Positions 53,847 to 64,000 of a stretch of DNA of 64,000 bases are shown here, in pieces. Origin of the DNA: Eledone cirrhosa. Taxonomy: Eukaryota. The notes beneath the pieces were generated by a model that worked only from the letters and a program-made list of their open reading frames with translations, ran no database searches and had not been told where the DNA came from. The stretch spans positions 117,986,001 through 118,050,000 of the forward strand of contig OZ024743.1 in the NCBI GenBank assembly GCA_964016885.1, written 5' to 3'. The position numbers were made by a program, and so were the translations under genes. The stretch's first letter is position 1; every line of letters starts with the position of its first letter.

Positions 53847-54082
53847 TTATCATCATGAGTATTATCATTATCATCCCCATCTTCATCATCATCAGAGCAT
53901 TATCATCATCATCATCATCATCTCTACTCTACTTTTTATTTAATTGCTCCTCTTTTTCACTCACACGAAATCCACTAATACTATTGCCATCACCAAAAAG
54001 GACGACCAAAAACACCAACCCCGCCACGATATATATACATGTATGTTTATGTGTTTGTGTATGTGTGCGAGCGCGCGCGTGA

Positions 54083-54144
<62 letters not shown>

Positions 54145-54176
54145 ATACATATATATATATATATGTGTGTGTGTGT

Positions 54177-54226
<50 letters not shown>

Positions 54227-54250
54227 ACATATGTTGATTTAACACTTCAC

Positions 54251-54315
54251 TTTATCTGATGAGAACGCAAATAACATCTCATGATGATATTTGTTTTTGA
54301 AATGCGCATTATAAA
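54251..54315 (+). ncRNA. Minimal type I hammerhead motif (family D)
   Basis: tttat CTGATGA gaac gcaaata..tatttgt tttt GAAA T gcgc A TT ataaa. Confidence 0.72.
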
Positions 54316-54749
54316 ATACATGGAACTCTTTTAACCATCTTTTGATCTTATATTATATATACTCCAGTCCTATAAACTGTTGAGTGCTACTTATCCGATA
54401 TTTGCATTGCTTTATTGTGCTACAATAAAACTCATCTCCTACATATATATATATATGTTGAGTGCTACTTATCCGATATTTGCATTGCTTTATTGTGCTA
54501 CAATAAAACTCATCTCCTACATATATATATATATGTTGAGTGCTACTTATCCGATATTTGCATTGCTTTATTGTGCTACAATAAAACTCATCTCCTACAT
54601 ACATATATATATATATATATATGTAGGAGATGAGTTTTATTGTAGCACAATAAAGCAATGCAAATATCGGATAAGTAGCACTCAACAGTTTATAGGACTG
54701 GAGTATATATAATATAAGATCAAAAGATGGTTAAAAGAGTTCCATGTAT

Positions 54750-54814
54750 TTTATAATGCGCATTTCAAAAACAAATATCATCATGAGATGTTATTTGCGT
54801 TCTCATCAGATAAA
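54750..54814 (-). ncRNA. Minimal type I hammerhead motif (family D)
   Basis: Exact reverse complement of 54251-54315. Confidence 0.72.
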
Positions 54815-54885
54815 GTTAAGTGTTAAATCAACATCTGTTGATTTAACACTTCACTGCTCGCAAGCTTCATATCATGTCTCCTTAT

Positions 54886-54950
54886 TTTATCTGATGAGAA
54901 CGCATATAACATCCCATGATGATATTTGTTTTTGAAATGCGCATTATAAA
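54886..54950 (+). ncRNA. Minimal type I hammerhead motif (family D)
   Basis: tttat CTGATGA gaacgca..ttgttttt GAAA T gcgc A TT ataaa. Confidence 0.7.
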
Positions 54951-54984
54951 TACATGGAACTCTTTTAACCATCTTTTGATCTTT

Positions 54985-55060
<76 letters not shown>

Positions 55061-55087
55061 ATATATATGTATATAGGTATATATATG

Positions 55088-55145
<58 letters not shown>

Positions 55146-55810
55146 TACATTGATATAAACTTCTTAAATTTTTCTGAACTAAAAACTGATAAATATAAAT
55201 AAATATAAAACATCAACAATAATATTATTAATATTAATAATAATAAAATGAAAATAAATATAATCAAGAAAATAATATAAATGAATGAAAAAACAAGGAA
55301 GAATTCAATATTTTCATATCAAAGAAATATTATTCTATCACTGGTATTTCTTTAATAATACCTGACATATAGTTTGTATATTTGCTTATATATTATGTTA
55401 TTTTCTGAACTTTTTATTTTTATTTTTTTCATTTTTCCAAGCTGACAATTTCAAAAACCTATATACGATATAAGAGTTAAGATTTCTACTTCTTCTTCAC
55501 CCGTCCATCTTATCTAAGTCGATAAAAGTGATAAAAAGTGTATGTGTCTGTGTGTATGTTTGTGTGTGATATAAATTGTGGTTTACATTTTATATATTAA
55601 TTTCAAGTCTTTCTTTTTATTCTCTGAAGAAAATTTGGGAAAAATTCAATTAATTCTGTTCCTTACAACTCTTAGATTAAAAAAAAAGTAGGCTGGAGAA
55701 CAAGGACAAAGTAAGACAGACAAAAATAGTTAGAGAGAAGGAATTTATACTTCCTTATATCACGTATTATTTAAATATATATACTTGTGCCAAAAGTAGA
55801 AACAATTATT

Positions 55811-55862
<52 letters not shown>

Positions 55863-55865
<3 letters not shown>

Positions 55866-56080
55866 CGAAGGAGTTGTGGTAAGGAACCAGATGGACAATA
55901 ACGCACCAGAGTACTCAATACTTAGGGTAGTAGAGTGGGTAATAGGAAAATAAATGTATGACTCCGACGGCAGAGCTCAAGCCGTTTCGACGGCTATTTC
56001 TGGACTAAAACAGTTTTTTAGTCAAGAAATGGCCGTCGTAACGGCTTGAGCTCTGCCGTCGGGGTCATATATTTTCCTAT
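55863..56080. repeat. Hairpin repeat family F copy, palindrome 55942-56080
   Basis: gacggcagagctcaagccgtttcgacggctatttctggactaaaa / ttttagtcaagaaatggccgtcgtaacggcttgagctctgccgtc. Confidence 0.9.
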
Positions 56081-56809
56081 ATATATATATATGCGTGTGT
56101 GTGTAATAAATATATATATTAACAATACTGTCAAGCAGTGTGCTAGAAATGGAAACTAAATTTCCAGAAAGCACTCATTGTAGTCCTAGTACATAACCAC
56201 GTAATGTCACAGCTGCAATGCCGTTAATCGTTGGTCTGCTCAAGCGGGTCTTTTGCACTACCGTCTCAGACCTAATCAACAACAGCTACACGCACTGTAT
56301 TCAGTGAATTGTTGTCTTTACGCAACTCATACACACATACATAATCACAGGCAAATGCGCCCCAGACAAGTAAATATATCTATAAAATCTATTAATTAAT
56401 CAATACATTCTTTACAAATGTAGTTAGCGCAAGAATGCTGCTACATTAGCTAAATGTTGCATCAATCGATGTTGATCACATACATTTCTTTATTTCTCAC
56501 AACCTTCTCGCAGACATTTGTTTTTATTGTTGCTGTTTATTCGCCATCTTGGTGAGTTCAGATCGAACAGAGAGACCTGCGGTCATATCCATTCCAGCAG
56601 GAACTATCCCGTTCGTTATTCTGGCATACTGTATTAATAGCTACATCAATATGTGTACTATCCTTTTTTTATTAGTTATGGTGCACTAGAAATAATTATG
56701 AGGTGATGAAAAAAACAATATTAGTCAATATATAAATATGTATTTTATTTAATTCTGTAAGCACCTAGATAACTCGATAAATTGACAATTCGTTGCCTAA
56801 ACGAAAGAC

Positions 56810-57030
56810 AAGGGAACGAACTTGCTGTTAAAGTAGAGCGTATGACAGAATGTGTTGCGGTACTTGCTCCGGTTAACTGTGCTCTTAAGTTCAAAACCCG
56901 GAGACATCACCTGAGTTCAAATCCCGCCGAGGTTAACTTTGCCCTTCATCCTTACGGGGTCGATAAAATAAAGTACCAGTAATGTACTGGGGTAATTACT
57001 GGCCTTGTGGCAAAAGTAGAAACAATTATT
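56810..57030 (+). mobile_element. SINE 3' two-thirds (56911-57030) adjoining an older SINE head
   Basis: B box, central domain and 3' end present. Confidence 0.8.
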
Positions 57031-57754
57031 TCAGGGTTGATGAAATAAATTACCAATTCTGTGGGGTGGATACATTTTGCTATGTGTAGTTTCGTTACAT
57101 TCTGAGTATTTTCATTGGCAAATTTAATACGTCTCCCCATTTCACACTACCTACGGCATTCAGTGTATTCAATATTTCGGATAGATGCTCGGTTTGAGTA
57201 TAATCACGTCACATCTCTGAGGTGTGTGTGTGTGTGGGGGGGGGGGGGGCAATTAAAAGCAAAAGTTTATGCACCGTATATACACGAATATAGTCAACCC
57301 CACATATTACCATCGAATGTTTTGTCATATTTCTCGGTATATATATGAGTATATATTCTACATACATGAATAAACCATATGAACCCTTTGTTGCTACACG
57401 CACATTGTCTTTGCTCCAATTTATCACTCCTTCTCTCTTTATATATATTTATGAATGTATTATAGCCGACATTCGACTAATGTATCAGACGTTGCGGGGA
57501 AATTTCACATGTACACTCCTGTCCGCCAACTACTTAAAATGGGCGTACTCATTATTGTTAATTTTCACTAAGTTCATAAAGATCCGATAAACAGATAAGT
57601 TATTGCCTTGTATATATATGTATAGATGTATGTATCTCTCTTTCTGTATATACATATATATACAGAGAGAGAGAGAAAGAGGGAGAGAGAAATATTCTGT
57701 GTGTATATTTATATATACATATATATATGTATATATGTGTGCGTGTGCGCGCGC

Positions 57755-57847
<93 letters not shown>

Positions 57848-58479
57848 AAGAATCTGTTTGAACTTAAGGATGAGTAGTCATATTGATCCATTCATCGAGT
57901 GTCGGCAACATGCAACATGAAATCAAACATAACTTATTTTATATTTATTTTATATTTTCAAACTGCTTAGTGATGTCATTCACGTAAACGTTTTTCAACT
58001 GTGTAATGAATGTCAGAATAGGATGTGTTGTGAGATTGATTAATGGTTTCTAATTGAGGCACAAGGCCAGCAGTATGATGGCGGTAGATTTTCTGGTCGT
58101 ACTGAAGAGCTACTTGTAACCGATAACCCCGTACAACCTGTTACATAATTGAGTCATCAGCGACAAAATAGGTAAACACACCAAGCTCGCTTGGGGAGAA
58201 GTATGATATCTGGACGCCCTGCGGAATGAAAAACAACACTGAGAAAGGGTTGAGGCACTCAGAAGAATCAGCGACCATAAAACAAGATTTAAAAAAAAAC
58301 AGGAAGACAATGCTCTGTACCTTTATTTGCAGTCTGTGAGAAGCATCACTCTAAAACCCAAACTGGAATTTGGGGTCGGGTCTCAGTTCCAGTCTGCTCT
58401 ATGGGTAAATTCGCCTCACGTGTATGAGTCAGTTCCTCAATAGAGCTGCCTTTGTTCCAGCCATGCCTAATTCCCTCAT

Positions 58480-60009
58480 TGGCTGTCCTAAGTCTACTAT
58501 AATTCATCTTAGCTATATTCTGAGCTATGTTACTAGTTGTGGAGTAGGACAGCTTGATGGTATTTCTATTGAATATTTTATAATACCTGTGCGATCTAGG
58601 GAAGCATTTGTCTAAGGCCCTAAAGAAAAGCTTAGCTATACTAGTGGTCAGGCCAGTGTAGTAAGGGGGATTATACCACAGGACTTTTCTGGTCCGATGC
58701 CTCTTGTTCCTACTAACTATATTACAATTACCTGTCTCCCTAGTGGTTACTGGTCTATTGTAACTGGAATTTACCTGTGGGTCGATGGTGTCACGATTGT
58801 GTTCGGAATCGTCCCAAGTCTCCAGGGCGGTGTACCCCCCCCCCCCCCTCCGTGCGGCTATTGGGGTTACTCTCTATAGCCGGGGTTGTATCCACTATGC
58901 GTCTGCTACACCTGTCCCTATTGCCCTTACTCGACCCTCCTTCCATACTGCGTTCAACGGTAGTTTTATGGGTTCCACAATTAAGGTTACCATTAGAGTT
59001 TCCGCTGGAGTTACGTTGCTCAGACCCAGTGTTAGTACCTTGGTGGCAGTTTCTATTAGTACCAATAACAATGGGACTAGGCGGCAGTACAACATGAAGA
59101 CTATATGAATCCTCCCTCGTATCCGGCCTGCTGTTAACTAGAGTGTCACTATTTAGGCCTAAGCAATCGCGGGCAATGTTACTTCTACTATTTAATGGAC
59201 GTTTGAATGAGATTCCCTCACTATTTCCTGCGCGTCCCAGGGCGCTATTATAGTAATTCGAGATCTTATTAAAGGTATCTTCATTGGAAGATAGTCCTGA
59301 AATTCTACTAGAGACGCTTTTGGTAATACCGTTAGTTACTATTCTAGGGTGGTTCGATTTTGCGTTGACATAGTTTAGATTCTTGTTGGGTTTGTGGTAA
59401 GGTTGGAAGAGTCCTGAATTGAGGTTAAGTGTAACATCTAGAAAATTAACTATTTTTAAATTCTCTTCAAATACTATACTTAGGTCTATGCTCTTGAAGA
59501 ATTTGCTAAGTGTTTACCTCACCCTCTCTACCATACTATTATTATGGACGACACAGTAAACAAGACGTCGTCACGGTAAGCGCCGCCTCCCAGGTGGGGC
59601 ATTTCCGCTCCGAGACAGTCAAGGAGGTGAAGGCCCACCAGATCCGTCACCTGGGCTGAGTCCGTGGATCCCATGGTGATGTCGAAATTGTCTGGCCAAT
59701 CCTTCCTAGTCCACAGGTCACCGTTGAATTCAATTAAGGTTTTCCTAGCTAGGAGAATAATGCCAATTTCCTCGGATGTAAGGTCGGTGTGTAAGCTAGC
59801 AAAGTTAAGGGCCCTACCTAGAAGAGTTGGAGAGATTGAGATTAGAGATATCGAACTGTATAAACTTAGTGCTATTCTTATTCTGCGATTTCTCAAACCA
59901 GTTAATTACCTCACTAGTTCCTGACCACAACTTGAGCTTCGATCTCCTAACTAGAGTGGGGATTATTTTATCAAGGATGTTTTTACTTACGATTCCTATG
60001 TCCGACTTC

Positions 60010-60011
<2 letters not shown>
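58480..60011 (-). pseudogene. Penelope-like element RT + thumb + linker, frameshifted, 5'-truncated at (TA)n
   Basis: [79 protein letters not shown], then RKVLWYNPPY..KIFNRNTIKLSYS. Confidence 0.9.
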
Positions 60012-60105
<94 letters not shown>

Positions 60106-60731
60106 GTGTGTGTGTATGTATGGTATATATATATATATACATATATATATACATACAATTATAAAAACTAATAATAATAGAAATGATGATGATTCATATT
60201 TTTTCATTCATTGATAGTACTAACGATTTTCCTTTTATCAATGATAGTTTATGCTAATCAATTAGAATAAACATTAACACGAACACCCATGCGTACACTT
60301 TCATGTACACATGCACACACATGTATATATCGATATAAAGAAAGAACTACAAAAGAAAATAGAAGAAAGACGGGAAGGAAGAAGAAATCAAATAGAAAGA
60401 AATGCAGAAAGAGAGAACATTTAATAGAAAGAATCAAAGAAATTAACTAACGAAAGAATTAAGATAATAATGAATATAAACATGAGAAATAAATAAAGTA
60501 AAGAAAGCAGAATTACGAAAGATGAATTGGTCAATGGAGGCGTCTGAATGTCGCGCAAATACACAAAGTCAAATTGAGTGGTTGCCGCGTGGGAATTAAT
60601 ATGTACGTTTAGTTTAAGTTAAGATTGGGTGGTAATTCCCACTACGTTCTCTTCTCTGTTCTTTGTATTTATCTCCTTCTCTCTCTCACACGCACACGCT
60701 CTCTGCTCCAAGTCTCTTTCTCTCGAACACA

Positions 60732-60776
<45 letters not shown>

Positions 60777-60928
60777 GAGTTAAACAAGATTCAATGAGTA
60801 CATCAAATAATGAGTTTTACAGTAGATTGTAAGATTGGAAGTACTCTACAGTAAAAATATTTTCCAGAGTTATTAATATAATATTAAATTCAAATATTAA
60901 TAAAATAGATGTTCTTGTAATCAATTAA

Positions 60929-60994
60929 ATGTTAGTATACATATTTCAGAGGTACGTGAATCAGGTTCAACAGTACGTCCTCATCAGATAAAAT
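60929..60994 (-). ncRNA. Minimal type I hammerhead motif (family E), stem I eroded
   Basis: attttat CTGATGA ggacgtac tg ttgaa cctga ttca cgtac ctct GAAA T atgt A TA ctaacat. Confidence 0.55.
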
Positions 60995-61108
60995 AAAATG
61001 ATACATGACATACCCTGAGATGTTACATGGTTAAGATTTAATCAAGGTAGTACTACATTGATTAAATCTTAACCATCTAACATCTCAGGGTATGTCATGT
61101 ATCATTTT

Positions 61109-61174
61109 ATTTTACCTGATGAGGACGTACTGTTGAACCGGATTCACCTACCTCTGAAATATGTATAATAAAAT
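61109..61174 (+). ncRNA. Minimal type I hammerhead motif (family E)
   Basis: attttac CTGATGA ggacgtac..cctacctct GAAA T atgt A TA ataaaat; 6 of 7 bp in stem I. Confidence 0.65.
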
Positions 61175-61212
61175 TTAATTGATCACAAGAACATCTATTT
61201 TATTAATATTTA

Positions 61213-61393
<181 letters not shown>

Positions 61394-61400
61394 TATATAC

Positions 61401-61483
<83 letters not shown>

Positions 61484-61484
<1 letters not shown>

Positions 61485-61576
61485 ATAATTGTTTCTACTT
61501 TAGGCACAAGGCCAGCAATTACCCAGTGCATTACTGGTACTTTAAGGATGAAAGGCAAAGTCAACCTCGGCGGGAT
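61484..61576 (-). mobile_element. Truncated, deleted SINE inside (TA)n
   Basis: 3' end and part of the central domain. Confidence 0.8.
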
Positions 61577-61702
61577 ATATATATATATATATATATATAG
61601 TAATAAAAATAAATTTAAAGACTAAAATCCAAAGAGGGCTCGATAAGGATAAATATATATCAAATATATAAGAACCGTAGACCAAATATTTATATATATA
61701 TA

Positions 61703-62403
61703 TAAGCGATGAAATACCAACGATGGTTGGAAGATCACTGATGAAGGCCTAACTTTATTCATATGTAACCCATTAGCAACCACGCAGCACGTTTATTCTC
61801 ATATTTACACATATTTTTTCCCCCGCTGTGACCCGTCTATTTCGTTCTTACTGCTTCCTCTTTCTCTGTATCTTTCCCCTCTCTAACAGTCACTCTCTCT
61901 GTTAGCCTCTTCATCACCCTTCACTCACTCACTCTCTGTTACTACCTCTCCTCCTCCTCCTTCTTCTTCCCGTTTGACCTGTGCGTAATTCTTTTCTTTC
62001 GCACCTTTGGTCAGGCAGGTTCGCTTTTTTTCTCTCTCTCGTCTACGATTTCACGGAACTTATGTTCACCGAATTCACAGACTAGATTCCTTCTTCCTCC
62101 CGTTAGACCTGTACGGAATTCCTTCCTTGCTCACATTCCAACCAGGTTTGATGGTCTTTATTCTCTCTCGTTCACGATTTCACCGAACTTATGTTCATGG
62201 AAATTTGGGACTTGACTCTTTCTTCCTCACTTTTCGTTGCTTCACCATCTTTGTTTGTTTACACTCTCGTGTCCCCTTTATTTACGTGTCCCAAGGATTT
62301 TTTTTAGCCGTTGCTCGCACCAACCGGAGGTTTATGGTCTTTAAAGCGATGAAAAACCATTGATGGTTGGAAGATCACTGATGAAGGACTAACTTTATTC
62401 ATA
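61703..62403 (+). mobile_element. Unit of about 640 bp bounded by direct repeats of about 58 bp, between TA tracts
   Basis: aagcgatgaaa..gatggttggaagatcactgatgaagg.ctaactttattcatat at about 61703 and 62345. Confidence 0.7.
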
Positions 62404-62814
62404 TATATATATATGGAAAGTTATATTTAAATTGTTGGGTTACAACTAGTAAATATTTATAACTGATATAAAAGCACTCAACAAGTATTTGGAGTATATC
62501 CCTGAAATATATATAATGAAATAAATATGGTTTTATAAATATAGTTTCCATTTATTTAATATCGTATATATATATATATATATATATAAGTGTGTGTGTG
62601 CATATTTATATATCTATATACATTATATATATGAATATATTTATACATAGATATTCATATATATATATATATATGTATATATCTGTGTGTGTGTGTATAT
62701 ATATATATGTAAGCGTGTGTGTGTGTTTGTGTGTATGTACATGTGTGTGTGTGCGTGTTTGTGCGTGTGTGCTTGTGTGTGTGCATGTGTGTGTGCTCGT
62801 GAGCCATATGCACG

Positions 62815-63195
62815 TAGGGTCGGACGCCATGCTTTGCAGCATAGAGTTACGGCCCTTTACGGTCTGCCTTTCATCCTTAGCGGGCTGATGAAATAAAGCA
62901 CCAGTAATACACTGGAATAGTTGCTGGCCTTGTGCCAAAAGTAGAATCAATTTTGTATTAATATCCCAAAACAATCAAACCTTTTGCTCCTCATGTTATT
63001 ATCTCTGTAATAATCAGGGCGGTGGATTGACAGTATCGGTAGAGAGTCATTGCAGCATAGAGTTACGGCCATTTACGATCTGAGTTCAAATCTCACCGAG
63101 GTTAACTTTGCTTTTCATTCTTACGGGGTTGATAAAATCGACTCCCCCCCCCCCCCCCGAATTGATGGCCTTGTGCCTATATGAGAAACCATTAT
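62815..63195 (+). mobile_element. Two deleted SINE copies (62815-62952, 63018-63195)
   Basis: Family match; the second has TSD tatctctgtaataat. Confidence 0.82.
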
Positions 63196-64000
63196 TTTTA
63201 TCTCTGTAATAATTACACAAATGTAAGGAAAAGGTGGTGATGAGAAAGAAGCAGGAGAAGATGGAGAGAATAAATTAGGATTATAAAACGAATCAATACA
63301 AAGGTGTTGATCTGATGATGATGAAAATGATTGCGGTTGTGAGTGGTGTTGGTAGAACATATATTTTATGGAAGAAGATTCCTAAGATTTTTACTTTGCT
63401 ACAGCAATTATCACTAAGGTCCTGCAAGAGTGAATTAAATGAAACCCCAGTAATTGAATGGAAATTATACTAAATCCCGAAAGATAAACGTTGGAGAAGA
63501 TAATGTTTTTTTTTTTGTTTTTGTTTTTTGTTGTTGTTGTTCAGTATTGAGTCACCCCTGATCACGCAGATCTATAATCAATGTGTCCGGGGGAATACTT
63601 TTGCCGTCTTGTCAGCGGGGCGCAACACATGTGCCCTCTTGCCCTGGGCCCAAAGCCCAATCACCCTCCCCTCTCTTCTGCGACACCAGGACTCTTGTCA
63701 TCCCCCCTTCCCGTACTTTTTCTTTTTTCTTTCTATATTTCCCTATTCTTTCTTTCCTTTTGTTTACCCCCTTTTTTTCTTACTAAATTTTAACATTTTC
63801 CTCAACTAAAAGAAATCTACATAAAAAAACAACTTTATTTTAGCCCTGACCATCCCAACATTTTATATATATGTTGAGAATTTAACATTGAACTTGTTAT
63901 TTCTAAGATGGCAGAGTGTGACTCGGCTGTTATTTCTAGCATGTTGGGCCATTCGGAAAAGAATCCGTGTTATATTTGCTCCCCACATTAGGTACAATTT

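Larger units (their letters stand above)
54231..54990. repeat. Complex family-D array: alternating inverted copies with three HHR motifs and a triplicated 78-bp tail
   Basis: 54231-54445 is the reverse complement of 54622-54834; tail repeats at about 54378, 54456 and 54534. Confidence 0.92.

Overview
Repeat-saturated, AT- and microsatellite-rich animal DNA with no recognisable host gene. The tRNA-type SINE family and the (TA)n/(CA)n density suggest a cephalopod (octopus-like) genome, which is an inference. The window holds one apparently intact RTE-clade LINE (2552-7647, minus) with a PHD-like finger inside its ORF and identical 486-bp repeats upstream, one frameshifted L1/Tx1-clade element (about 8313-14143), fragments of Penelope-like elements (PLE; RT and GIY-YIG), CRE, RTE and R4-like relics, a hAT-like MITE, about 16 SINE copies and a 2.3-kb 20-mer minisatellite. 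The main observation is a set of short non-coding repeats, mostly embedded in (TA)n tracts, carrying type I hammerhead ribozyme (HHR) motifs. About 14 motifs in at least 5 sequence families were folded by eye. They occur as 1.3-1.5-mer direct repeats of about 520 bp, one ending at the predicted self-cleavage site, or as fold-back palindromes. This resembles a retrozyme/PLE-dependent system of self-cleaving, possibly circular RNAs. All folds and coordinates were read manually and are approximate to a few bases.
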